DNA of 64,000 nucleotides, taken from positions 120,255 to 184,254 of the forward strand of contig CAVTCR010000009.1 in assembly GCA_963733195.1 (NCBI GenBank). Reading direction: 5' to 3'. Under the pieces are notes generated by a model, which worked only from the letters and a program-made list of their open reading frames with translations, had not been told where the DNA came from and made no database searches. The translations under genes were made by a program, and so were the position numbers. Below are positions 41,944-51,731 of this stretch, in pieces (position 1 is the stretch's first letter; each line of letters begins with the position of its first letter). This stretch comes from an uncultured delta proteobacterium (lineage in GTDB: Bacteria > Desulfobacterota > Binatia > Bin18).

Positions 41944-43360
41944 GAGTTATGTTGCGAGAAAATCGAGTGGCTCGTTTCAGTACGGTTCTTGCCGTCTATG
42001 TGGTCCTCTCAATGAGCAGCGTGTCGTCGCTCAACGCCCAGGAGGCTGAACAAGTAGCTCCGCCTCCACCTGCCGCAGATACTCCTCCAGCTGCGGCGCT
42101 GGAAACGCCGCCACTGAAAGTTGGGCAATATGTCGGTGCTGCTACCTGCGCGTCTGGTACCTGTCATGGCAGTGTTGAGCCACGCGACCTCTACAAGGTC
42201 AAGCAGAATGAATATTTCATTTGGCTAAAACAAGACCGCCACACCCAAGCATATAACGTCCTGTTGACTGACAAATCCGCGCGTATCATGCGCAACCTGA
42301 AAATCAAAACCAAAGCCAACGAAAGCAAAATCTGTCTCGATTGCCATGCGATGAATGTTCCCAAAAGCGTACAGGCTGTCGCCATCGACTTTGCTGAAGG
42401 CATTTCATGTGAAGCCTGTCACGGGCCAGCCGGCGGCTGGCTTGCACAACATACGGCTGAAGGGTGGACACATGAAAAGTCCGTACAAGCGGGAATGCGA
42501 GATTTACGAGGCTTAGATAATCGAGCGAAAAATTGTTTAGCGTGTCACCTGGGTGATGCGACGAAAACGGTCAATCATGATTTGATTGCAGCTGGCCATC
42601 CGGACATGATTTTTGAACTCGATAATTACACTGCGGTTATGCCACCGCATTGGACACCGAATACCACCAAAAGCAAACAAAGTGGCGATATCGAGCCAAC
42701 CGGCGCTAAAGCGTGGGCAGTGGGGCAAGCAGCCTCGTTCCGTGAAGGTATGCTGCAGATGGCACGGCGCGCACGGTCAAATCATTGGCCTGAATTTGCT
42801 GACATGAATTGTTACGCGTGTCATCATTCCCTGAAAGATTCCGAGTGGCGACAGAATCGTGGCTATCGTCACAAGACTGGTGGTCCACCGTGGAACCCGG
42901 CTCGCTATGCAGTGTTGAAACACCTTGTCGCAACCTTTGCTCCCCGAGTGAAAAAGCGCGGCTTGATTCACAAGTAGATCGTTTAGCGGGACAGATCGCA
43001 GAGCTGAGTACACCACCGGCAACAGTCGCAGCTACAGCTTCGGATCTCGCCAATACCATCGGGCGGGTCATCCCCAGTATCGAGAAAGCAGATTTTGATA
43101 ATGCGGCAGCTAAGCGAATTATCGATCGTATTGCTGGTGACGTGCCATATCTTGTCGAGTCGGAAGTTCACTCAGTTGAGCAGGCGATCATGGCGATCAA
43201 TGCATTGGTTAATGCGATGGCACGCAACAATCCGGCTATTGTACAGACGTCAGTCTCGCAAGCGATTGATCAACTCTATGACGACGTGAAAGACCGAGAG
43301 AACTTTAATCGCGAACAGTTTGGGCGACACGTCGCAGAGTTGCAAAGACAGTTGCGGTAG
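41940..43360 (+). CDS. Cytochrome c554/c552-like multiheme protein (frameshift in C-run ~42945)
   Basis: YVGAATCASGTCH, CLDCH, EGISCEACHGP, CLACH, CYACH; helical tail continues in the frame ending 43360. Confidence 0.82.
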
Positions 43361-43384
43361 GCTTCCACCCTGTACAGCGTGTGA

Positions 43385-43491
43385 TAGGTTCCTGTGGAGG
43401 AAACTTCAATACTAGGATGTGAGGAAAACATCCTCTCAGCAGTAGGACTGCGAAGACGATTCCGGCCACACACAAAGAGGATTCGTTTCAT
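43385..43491 (-). pseudogene. Truncated low-molecular-weight protein tyrosine phosphatase-like gene
   Basis: MKRILFVCGRNRLRSPTAE (CX5RS P-loop)...IEVSSTGT, then similarity is lost just before the cytochrome operon end. Confidence 0.65.
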
Positions 43492-43496
43492 CCTCC

Positions 43497-44261
43497 TCAG
43501 CGTCCCTTCCAGTTGGGCTTCCGCTTCTCCGCAAACGCACGCGGTCCTTCCTGTGCATCCTCACTGCGATACACATGATCAAACAGATGTCGAGCTGCTT
43601 CGAGTCCAGCCATCCGGCCCATATCAGTGGCCATGTATACCATCTCTTTAGCAGCAGCGACTGTGAGTGGTGCGTTCTCGGCAATCGTCTCGGCAATCTG
43701 CATCGCTTTTGCCATCACCTGATCCGCCGGAACGACGTGATTCACAAAGCCGATCTCGTAGGCACGTTGGGCAGTGATCGAATCACCTGTCAGAAGGATC
43801 TCAAGTAGCACCTTCTGCGGAATCATGTGCGTGAGCGGCACCGCCCACGGCATACCACGTCCAACTTTGGCTTCGGTAATCGCAAAACGAGCAGTCTCGG
43901 AGGCAACGACAATGTCACACATCTGCGCTAACGCCCAGCCACCCGCATATGCCACACCATTCACTGCCGCGATCACAGGCTTGGCTAACTGGATGTTCAC
44001 ATTGAGCGTCGGTAAGAAGTTACGAGGAAGTGTACCGAGTTTTCTTAGCGCCATTTCTTTCAAGTCAGCTCCAGCGCAAAAGGCCTTGTCTCCAGCTCCC
44101 GTGAGGATTGCGACACGTGCGTCCTCGTCTTTGGTAAAACGTTCCCAGGCTGCAGCTAACCCTTCACGGACACCACTGTTAATTGCGTTACGCGATTCTG
44201 GACGGTTGATGGTAACGACTACCACGCGTCCGCGATTTTCATAGAGTATGTCTTCTGCCAT
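43497..44261 (-). CDS. Enoyl-CoA hydratase/isomerase (crotonase family)
   Basis: [40 protein letters not shown]; start moved to the RBS-backed ATG. Confidence 0.92.
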   Translation of the reverse strand: MAEDILYENRGRVVVVTINRPESRNAINSGVREGLAAAWERFTKDEDARVAILTGAGDKAFCAGADLKEMALRKLGTLPRNFLPTLNVNIQLAKPVIAAVNGVAYAGGWALAQMCDIVVASETARFAITEAKVGRGMPWAVPLTHMIPQKVLLEILLTGDSITAQRAYEIGFVNHVVPADQVMAKAMQIAETIAENAPLTVAAAKEMVYMATDMGRMAGLEAARHLFDHVYRSEDAQEGPRAFAEKRKPNWKGR

Positions 44262-44435
44262 TGGCACTCCTTCATAGCGAAAGATAAGTACTACGCTTCT
44301 CGCCATCTTGTAGAAACAGTTTCTGCACTATCTCAGCTCACTGCGTCAAGAGCGCTCATCATCCGCTGCCCTGGTCTCCTTTCGCCTGAGATGGTAAGTG
44401 TGACCACTTCATTTTTCTTGTCAGAAGGAGACAGC

Positions 44436-45548
44436 ATGGCTCGCAACAACCGCCGTTCGTATGGTCCGAAGATTGATCCACGTCCGGTGGATCGCTCTAT
44501 TACGGTGACCGAGCTGATTGATCAGACGTTCCAAGCCTATAACGCCGCTCGACTTCGTGAAGCGGCACAGCTCTTTACCCGTAAGATGCTCGAACCTGAT
44601 GTCACTATCGGTGTGAGCGTCACAGGAGCGTTAACGCCAGCTGGCCTTGGTATCTCATGCCTTATTCCCCTCATCGAACATGGCTTCATCGACTGGATGG
44701 TGTCTACTGGAGCAAATCTGTATCACGATACCCATTTCGGTATCGGCCTCACCATGCACCAAGGCTCTCCTCATGTTAGTGATGTCACGTTACGACAAGA
44801 CAAGGTCGTCCGTATTTACGACATCTTCTTTGATTATGACGTGCTTCTGAAGACTGACGCCTTTTTTTATCAGACAATTGCTTCTCCAGAGTTCCAAAAG
44901 CCCATGAGCACGGCGGAGTTTCACTATCGCATGGGACGCTACATTCGTGAGCGGGAAAAAGCACTCGGACAGAAACGTCGCTCATTGTTGTCTGTTGCTG
45001 CAGAGTATGGCGTGCCAATTTATACCTCCTCTCCGGGTGACAGTTCTATCGGAATGAATGTCGCTGCCCAGGCGCTCCAGGGGAACGGTCTGGCGTTCGA
45101 TGTCTCACGCGATGTGAATGAGACCGCCGCCATCGTATACCAGGCTAAGCGCAGTCGGGGCAAAAGCGGTGTTTTTATCCTTGGTGGTGGTTCACCGAAA
45201 AACTTCGCATTACAAACAGAGCCGCAAATTCAGGAAGTCCTGGGTCTAGCTGAGAAAGGGCATGATTATTACATTCAATTCACTGATGCACGCCCAGATA
45301 CCGGTGGACTCTCAGGTGCAACCCCTAGTGAAGGCGTCACCTGGGGGAAAGTTGCCCCAGAGGCACTACCCGATACCGTTGTGTGCTATGTTGATTCTAC
45401 CGTTGCCTTACCATTGTTGAGCGCCTACGCTGTGGCCAACCACGCGAAACGCCCGCATAAGCGGTTGTACGAACAACGGGAGGAGCTGCTCGCCACTTTG
45501 ACGAGGGATTACCAAAAGCAGCTCAAGAAGCAGAAAAATAAACGGTAA
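44436..45548 (+). CDS. Deoxyhypusine synthase-like protein (bacterial, possible homospermidine synthase)
   Basis: [39 protein letters not shown] with the catalytic Lys. Confidence 0.88.
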   Translation: MARNNRRSYGPKIDPRPVDRSITVTELIDQTFQAYNAARLREAAQLFTRKMLEPDVTIGVSVTGALTPAGLGISCLIPLIEHGFIDWMVSTGANLYHDTHFGIGLTMHQGSPHVSDVTLRQDKVVRIYDIFFDYDVLLKTDAFFYQTIASPEFQKPMSTAEFHYRMGRYIREREKALGQKRRSLLSVAAEYGVPIYTSSPGDSSIGMNVAAQALQGNGLAFDVSRDVNETAAIVYQAKRSRGKSGVFILGGGSPKNFALQTEPQIQEVLGLAEKGHDYYIQFTDARPDTGGLSGATPSEGVTWGKVAPEALPDTVVCYVDSTVALPLLSAYAVANHAKRPHKRLYEQREELLATLTRDYQKQLKKQKNKR

Positions 45549-45573
45549 GAAAGGGTGTTTTTCTTCACCTGAT

Positions 45574-46371
45574 ATGACTACTTTTGCTTTTGTCCAAGAA
45601 AAAGATTGTGCCATAGACGCGGCGCGTGCTGCTGGAACGATCATCCGCTCGTTCTACTCAACTCCGTACACAGTTGATTACAAAGACCGGAGCAAAGACA
45701 GCCCGGTCACGGTTGCAGATCGGGACGCAAATCAGAAGATCCACGAAATCCTCCAAGCCTCATTTCCACAGTATGGCTGGCTCTCGGAGGAGACGGTCGA
45801 TTCACCAGACCGGCTCTCGCGTCAACGCGTATGGCTCGTGGATCCTCTGGATGGAACGAAAGAATTCATCGATAAAATTCCGGAGTTTGGCGTCTCGATC
45901 GCGCTGGTTGAAAACAGCCTACCTGTAGTTGCAGTTGTCTATAATCCAATTCACGACGAACTTTTCTGGGCAGTACGCGGCCACGGCACGTGGCATGATC
46001 AGCGACGATTGCGAGTTACACAGACCGAGCGACTCTCTGCCGCTACTATCCTCGCCAGCCGCTCAGAAACGAAACGAGGGGAATGGAAGAATTTCACCTC
46101 GCAGTTTACTACACGTCCAACCGGGAGTGCCGCCTATAAACTCGCGCTGATCGCACGTGGCGATGCCGATGCCACGTTCACGCTGACACCAAAAAACGAG
46201 TGGGATATTTGCGCTGGGGTGCTCTTAATCGAAGAGGGGGGTGGGCAGGTGTCACATCTTGATGGCCGTCCGTTGATATTTAACCAACCCAAAACGCTCT
46301 TGCAGGGACTTGTCGCCAGCAATGGTCTCCTGCATTCTCAACTGCTCCATCTGATTGCCAAACGGCACTAA
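45574..46371 (+). CDS. cysQ: Inositol monophosphatase family / 3'(2'),5'-bisphosphate nucleotidase
   Basis: SPVTVAD, LSEE, WLVDPLDGTKEF, EWDICAG. Confidence 0.8.
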   Translation: MTTFAFVQEKDCAIDAARAAGTIIRSFYSTPYTVDYKDRSKDSPVTVADRDANQKIHEILQASFPQYGWLSEETVDSPDRLSRQRVWLVDPLDGTKEFIDKIPEFGVSIALVENSLPVVAVVYNPIHDELFWAVRGHGTWHDQRRLRVTQTERLSAATILASRSETKRGEWKNFTSQFTTRPTGSAAYKLALIARGDADATFTLTPKNEWDICAGVLLIEEGGGQVSHLDGRPLIFNQPKTLLQGLVASNGLLHSQLLHLIAKRH

Positions 46372-46373
46372 GA

Positions 46374-47801
46374 ATGCGTGCAGTAGAATCCGGGCAACCG
46401 TTCACACCTGACCCTCAAGAAGTAACCGTCCGTAAAGCTCTCTCACTCTCGATCTGGGACGGGATCTTCGCGAATCTCTACGCCAACCTCACGGGTGGTG
46501 TATTTCTCGTCGGTTATGCTCTCGCCCTCAAAGCCACAGAGGTACAGATCGGACTGCTGGCAGCCTTTCCGTTAATCGCCAATGTGGCTCAGTTATTTTT
46601 TACCTATGTGATCGAGCTGATTGGACGCCGTCGGCCGCTTGCACTCTGGGCCGGCACATTCGCGCGGCTGCTCTGGCTAGTGATCATTGGTGCCGCACTG
46701 TGGGGCTTACAGCGTAAACACCTCCTTTATTTGAGTATGTGGGTGATCGGGCTGTCTCAGATCGGAACCGCCATCAATAATCTCGCGTGGATGTCCTGGA
46801 TGGCTGACCTCGTGCATGAAGAGCGTCGTGGTCACTACTTCGGGTTACGCAACGCTGCGATTGGCGTGGCTGCCCTCATCGCCACCTTCGTCGGTGGCCG
46901 CTTTCTCGACATATGGAAAGCCAGTCATCCTACCGGAGAGATGGATGCGCTTCTCGTGCTGTTCGGCATTGGCGTCCTCAGTGGCATGATCAGCCTCCTC
47001 ATCCAGAAACGGATCTATGAGCCACCGTTACACGAGGGAGATGACGACCAACCATTCTGGCAACGTCTGCAACTACCTTTTCGTGATCAGAATTTTCGCA
47101 CCTTTTTGTTTTTTACTTTTCTCTGGAACTTCGCCGTCTATTTCACAGCGCCGTTCTTCGCAGTGTATATGCTGAAGACGCTAAAACTGAGTTACGCAAC
47201 TGTAACAACGTATGCCATATTATCGAGTGTTGCCGATCTTGTCAGCGTTCGCGTATGGGGGCGCCTCTCAGACCGCGAGACCAACAAGCCGATTCTACTA
47301 CTTAGCAGTTTTTTCGCAGCGCTCATCCCGTATGGATGGCTGTTCACCGACCGGGATGCATTCTGGTTATTCGTGCTTTTACATGTCCAAGGAGGACTCT
47401 TCTGGGCTGGCATTCGGCTTTGCACAGGCAATCTCATACTCAAACTCTCTCCACTTACTCATCGGTCGATTTATTTCGCCATGTTTAACGCGGTTGCAGG
47501 GTTAACTGCGGTCATCGCGCCGATCTTAGGAGGTATCGCGCTCAAGCGTCTCCCCCGTATTCTGCAAGAGTACGAACTATCCTGGAGCCCATTTTTGCTT
47601 CTCTTCTTTGTGTCTTCAACGTTACGCCTTATTGCACTACCCTTACTCGTACGCGTACGCGAACCACGCGAGCGAAGTGTCTGGCAGGCTGTACAGATAA
47701 TCCGCAATGTCCGCGCCTTTACCACCACCATGGGTTTCAACCTGAACTATCATTTCTGGTTGTCAGGAAAGCGTCCACCATCGGATGAATCATCTCGGTG
47801 A
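46374..47801 (+). CDS. MFS transporter
   Basis: About 12 TM segments; WMSWMADLV..RGHYFG; WGRLSDR. Confidence 0.85.
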   Translation: MRAVESGQPFTPDPQEVTVRKALSLSIWDGIFANLYANLTGGVFLVGYALALKATEVQIGLLAAFPLIANVAQLFFTYVIELIGRRRPLALWAGTFARLLWLVIIGAALWGLQRKHLLYLSMWVIGLSQIGTAINNLAWMSWMADLVHEERRGHYFGLRNAAIGVAALIATFVGGRFLDIWKASHPTGEMDALLVLFGIGVLSGMISLLIQKRIYEPPLHEGDDDQPFWQRLQLPFRDQNFRTFLFFTFLWNFAVYFTAPFFAVYMLKTLKLSYATVTTYAILSSVADLVSVRVWGRLSDRETNKPILLLSSFFAALIPYGWLFTDRDAFWLFVLLHVQGGLFWAGIRLCTGNLILKLSPLTHRSIYFAMFNAVAGLTAVIAPILGGIALKRLPRILQEYELSWSPFLLLFFVSSTLRLIALPLLVRVREPRERSVWQAVQIIRNVRAFTTTMGFNLNYHFWLSGKRPPSDESSR

Positions 47802-47880
47802 GAAACAGCATCGCGATCGGTAAGCAAACTCTTCATGCTTCTTGACGGACTCCTCGACTGGGGAAAATCACCGTGGTACG

Positions 47881-48132
47881 ATGGAGAAAAGATTTTGGTG
47901 TACGTCTGTGGCACAGCTTTCATCCCTCTTCCGACGACCTCCGAAACCGCGCTGCCCGACATGTCACAAATGGAACCGTGTGTATCTGACGGGTGGCTCA
48001 TATCTATGGAACTGTGTCCGGTGTGGCACAGCATTGGAACTGCGACGCCCGATCGCTTTGTGGAGCATTCTTGCCGTTCTTGGTGTCAGTGTTCTGGCGC
48101 TAGCAGCGGCACTGCCCTTGCTCCATCGGTAG
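47881..48132 (+). CDS. Small Zn-ribbon membrane protein
   Basis: CPTC..CVRC plus a C-terminal TM helix; fits operon spacing. Confidence 0.45.
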   Translation: MEKRFWCTSVAQLSSLFRRPPKPRCPTCHKWNRVYLTGGSYLWNCVRCGTALELRRPIALWSILAVLGVSVLALAAALPLLHR

Positions 48133-48139
48133 AGGCTGT

Positions 48140-48367
48140 ATGGCGCATCAAGGAGTACAACTCGCACAGATTGAGCAGATCTTCGTAATCCTCGATCGAC
48201 TCGGAATTTCGCGCGAGGCAGTCGTCATTCCCCTCCGTCCGCACGGGGTCGGAAATGTCCGCACGTTGCAGAACGGAAAACTTGAAATTGTAGTTCCGGC
48301 GGATACGCCATTCGAGCAATGGTATGCCTCCCTCGAAGGCACCATTCAACAACTTTACACCCCTTAA
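48140..48367 (+). CDS. Small hypothetical protein
   Basis: RBS GAGG; globular-looking 75 aa between co-oriented genes. Confidence 0.55.
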   Translation: MAHQGVQLAQIEQIFVILDRLGISREAVVIPLRPHGVGNVRTLQNGKLEIVVPADTPFEQWYASLEGTIQQLYTP

Positions 48368-49013
48368 GAATTTTCAGCTCGTCTTCTTCCTCCTGTTCGC
48401 TGTGGGCTTCATGGTCCAAGGGTGGGGGGATCGCGCAGGCTTATTGAGTCATCCCGCGCGGACGGGGGTGTTGATCGTTTTCGCACTCAGCACGTTGATC
48501 CTCTTAATCATCCCATTTGAGCTTTTCGCCAGTGGCACGAAAGAGGTCCTTCGGCAGCGGTGGCTCACGTTTCTTGCCCTCGGCACTGTGAGCGGCCTGT
48601 GCTGGTATTTACCGTACGCCGACCGGTGGGCTCTGTTCGTCTGGCCGGAAAGTGATCTCCTCCGCTACATCGGTCTGGCAGCAACCAGTATCGGCATGGC
48701 CATTCGCATCTTTGGTATGGCGCAGTTAGGACAACTCTTTAGTGGGTTCGTCACGCTGCAACCAGAACATCACCTCATCACTACTGGTTGTTACCGCTGG
48801 GTTCGGCATCCTATTTATAGTGGCTCGCTCCTCGCATTCGCGGGATTTTTGTTGGTCTTTCGTAGTAAGCTCGTCCTCATCGCTGTACCAGCGTACCTGA
48901 TCGGCACCCTCTTACGGATCGTCGATGAAGAACGGCTCTTCGCAGAAACGTTCGGAGCAGAATATGAACAGTACCGTGCACGGACGTGGCGGTTAATTCC
49001 GTTTATTTACTGA
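48324..49013 (+). CDS. Isoprenylcysteine carboxyl methyltransferase family membrane protein
   Basis: HHLITTGCYRWVRHPIY, EERL..FGAEYEQY..TWRLIPFIY; start uncertain. Confidence 0.85.
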   Translation: MPPSKAPFNNFTPLKNFQLVFFLLFAVGFMVQGWGDRAGLLSHPARTGVLIVFALSTLILLIIPFELFASGTKEVLRQRWLTFLALGTVSGLCWYLPYADRWALFVWPESDLLRYIGLAATSIGMAIRIFGMAQLGQLFSGFVTLQPEHHLITTGCYRWVRHPIYSGSLLAFAGFLLVFRSKLVLIAVPAYLIGTLLRIVDEERLFAETFGAEYEQYRARTWRLIPFIY

Positions 49014-49068
49014 GCTTTTGGCACTCAGCAGTCAGCATTCAACTGAACATAGGAACTGGTAAGTATAA

Positions 49069-49165
49069 GTGACAAAAAGGGGAAAAGGGAAACAGAGAAG
49101 GAACACAAAACATTCTTCTCCTTTCCTTTTCACCGTTTCACCTTTGTCCCTTTTCCCCCGAATTT
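49069..49165. repeat. Octamer purine-run/pyrimidine-run inverted repeat element
   Basis: GGGGAAAAGGGAAAC... versus CCGTTTCACCTTTGTCCCTTTTCCCC between convergent genes. Confidence 0.55.
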
Positions 49166-50047
49166 CTACAACGTTTGTTCCTCTGACGATGGTGCTGGAG
49201 CAGCAGGAACGCGTGGTGGAGCGGTCACGCCGTCAAGAGGAACGTCCTTCTCGACCGGCTCTTCTCCTTGAATCTCTACCCGATCTATCACAAACGGTTT
49301 TCCTTTACCGGTCGAGTTCTGCACGTAGATATCATACGCGCCCGTATCCAAAGAAAATCGATGTTCAGCTGCTGGTGCGCTGCGAGCAACAGTCTTCTGG
49401 GTCCCAGCTTGATAGATGATCACTTCCGTTGCTGCACTAATATCTTTTCCTCCTAAGAGCGGATGCACTCGGAGTTCTCCCTTGATGCGCTCACGTAGCT
49501 CAAGGCGAGCAAGCGAATTCCCTTGTAATTGGACCTGCCGAAACCACTGCCCCTGTGGCGGAGTCGCCACCTTCACATCTACCATCCCTGGATAGGCAAA
49601 GATCGTTTCTCCACTAAGGAAGTCGCCAAGTTTCTGCCCTGAAGTTGGGTCGTACACTTCAACCCCGAGTCCCAGCTCCTGTCCTTTTTTATCGAGAGCA
49701 CTAATCTGTAGGCCGGCAATTTCGTTGATGATAACCGTGCTCGTACGCCCGGCTTTAACTAACACGTTGTCACGTTTGATCTTGCCGCCAAGGACATCGA
49801 GTTCGAGACGATACGTTCCTGGTGGTAGACTTACAGGAACCCCGACCTTGATCGTCGCAATCGGTGTCTGTGAGTTAAGGGGATACACATGCGCTTGAGT
49901 TGTGCTCGCTTTTCCTCCCTCTCCTAGGGCTTCGACAACAAGGGTGCCCTGCCCTTTGTCTTCAGCGATAGCCTCATAGCCGAATCCGACAAACAGACTC
50001 ACGAGCCAGAGCACAAATCCTACGTTGCGAACGAAGCGATACAACAC
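49166..50047 (-). CDS. Secreted hypothetical protein with repeated beta-sandwich modules
   Basis: Signal peptide; repeated LPPGTYRL / LDTGAYDIYV motifs. Confidence 0.6.
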   Translation of the reverse strand: MLYRFVRNVGFVLWLVSLFVGFGYEAIAEDKGQGTLVVEALGEGGKASTTQAHVYPLNSQTPIATIKVGVPVSLPPGTYRLELDVLGGKIKRDNVLVKAGRTSTVIINEIAGLQISALDKKGQELGLGVEVYDPTSGQKLGDFLSGETIFAYPGMVDVKVATPPQGQWFRQVQLQGNSLARLELRERIKGELRVHPLLGGKDISAATEVIIYQAGTQKTVARSAPAAEHRFSLDTGAYDIYVQNSTGKGKPFVIDRVEIQGEEPVEKDVPLDGVTAPPRVPAAPAPSSEEQTL

Positions 50048-50058
50048 ATCAATTCCTT

Positions 50059-50883
50059 TTATTTCTCTAACGGTAAGTCTTCACGGTTTCCCCACTCACC
50101 CCACGAAGCATCGTAATTGCGTACGTTATCAAAACCGAGCAACCGTAGAGTGAACAATCCGTGCGCCGCACGGATGCCACCTTGTCAATAGGTAATGACT
50201 TCGCGCTCAGGGACAACCCCGATCTTTTGAAACATCGCGCGTAATTCCTCTGCAGGTTTGAACTCCTTAGTCTTGCCATCAACATAGTTAAGCCATTCCA
50301 AGTGAACAGCACTGGGAACGCGACCACCACGTTTGGTACCACGCGCATTGGCACCGGTCCATTCGTCATCAGAGCGAACATCGAGAAGCGTGCGATCAGT
50401 ACGGCCTACGGAATCACGCACATAGTCCCAACGTGCGATCAATTCTTCCTGTGCATGTGGCGTAAATGTTGCCTTCTTTGGCTGCGGTGCCGCGTTGGTG
50501 ACAGGGCGTCCTTCGGCAAGCCATTTGTCCCAACCACCGTTCAGAACTTTTACCTGCGTATGGCCATAGTAGTTCAGCGCCCACCAAAAACGCGTAGCGT
50601 ACAAGCCGCTGAAGCTGTCGTAGGCAATCACCAGAGTGTCATCACCAATCCCTAACGCACCCATGGTTGCGGCAAACTTCTCTGGCCCCATGATGTGCAA
50701 CGCACCTTCTTCTTCCTTCAGATAGTGATGTCCACGAAAGGTAATAGCCCCAGGAATATGGGCACGACGATAGGCATCACGGTTATCGCAATCGACAATA
50801 CAGATATTTACGTCTTGTAAGTGCGCCGCGAGCCAGTCGGTGGTCGTGAGCATTTCTGGTCGTGCATAGCCTTGGTTTGCCAT
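50059..50883 (-). CDS. Tandem rhodanese sulfurtransferase (SseA/TST type) with in-frame UGA at the catalytic position; probable selenoprotein, 274 aa
   Basis: HIPGA, VLNGG, LLDVRS; [34 protein letters not shown] reads through in frame. Confidence 0.88.
50150..50184 (-). promoter_or_regulatory. Putative bacterial SECIS hairpin
   Basis: mRNA stem AUCCGUGC/GCACGGAU (50157-50175), loop GGC starting 17 nt after the UGA. Confidence 0.7.
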
Positions 50884-51061
50884 CGAAGAGCCTCCTTTTC
50901 TGAAAGCCTACAAATTTGACTGTAATCGTCATAGCTCTTGGGAGCAAGAGTGTAAAAGTCTCATTGGTCAACGACCCAAAGCCCTGCATCGCTTTCGGTA
51001 ACAAGGATTTGCTACACTTAAAGAAAATGGACAATGCTAGTGACACGAAAGAAGAAATATC

Positions 51062-51628
51062 ATGAACACTTCAACTTCCTTCTTCCTCCTACTTACCTTC
51101 TGCTGCTTCACTCCCGCGTATGGAGACTCCCTACGAGAAATCGAACTCATCGACGGCAGTACAATCCGCGCGCAAGTGCTCTCGATGGATGGGAAAACAT
51201 ATCGATTACGCTCGGAGACTCTTGGTGAAGTAGAAATTCCCGAGTACCGCGTCAAGGCAATTCGTACGCCAAAAGCCCAGAGCGGGGCTCTTCAACAACA
51301 CAATACCGCAACCTCCACTCCTACTCCGCAATTTCAGCCGGAAACGGAACCGACAGTTGCTGATACCCAGCCGAGCCTACCCAATTCACCTCCAACAGCT
51401 ATTCCTTCCACGGATGATCTTCAGCATGCGTTCTCACAAGACCCAGCTGCGATGAGCAGAATTCTCTCTATGCGCGACGATCCTTTGGTGCAGAACATCT
51501 TGAGTGACGAGCGTCTCATGCAAGCGATCCATTCAGGAAACCTCGGGGAGTTAATCAATGATCCAAAAATCCGTGCGCTGATGAGTCACCCAACGGTACA
51601 GGATTTAGGCGGTCAGTACGGACGGTAA
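51062..51628 (+). CDS. Secreted hypothetical protein (small beta domain, Pro/Thr linker, STI1-like DP repeats)
   Basis: Signal peptide; IELIDGSTIRAQV; DPAA/DPLV/DPKI repeats. Confidence 0.6.
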   Translation: MNTSTSFFLLLTFCCFTPAYGDSLREIELIDGSTIRAQVLSMDGKTYRLRSETLGEVEIPEYRVKAIRTPKAQSGALQQHNTATSTPTPQFQPETEPTVADTQPSLPNSPPTAIPSTDDLQHAFSQDPAAMSRILSMRDDPLVQNILSDERLMQAIHSGNLGELINDPKIRALMSHPTVQDLGGQYGR

Positions 51629-51725
51629 CAAAGGGAACCGGAGAAACGGCGAAACAGAGAAAACGAAACGACCTTCTCTCTCCGAATTACCCATTCTCCC
51701 TTTTGCCGATTCGTTCTCGTTTTCA
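51629..51725. repeat. Octamer inverted repeat element
   Basis: AGGGAACC GGAGAAAC GGCGAAAC AGAGAAAA ... TTACCCAT TCTCCCTT TTGCCGAT. Confidence 0.5.
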
Positions 51726-51731
51726 TCGTAC

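Noticed and set aside
47917-47970. CPTCH as a heme c site
   Set aside because: Paired with a second CxxC and no signal peptide; a Zn ribbon is more likely
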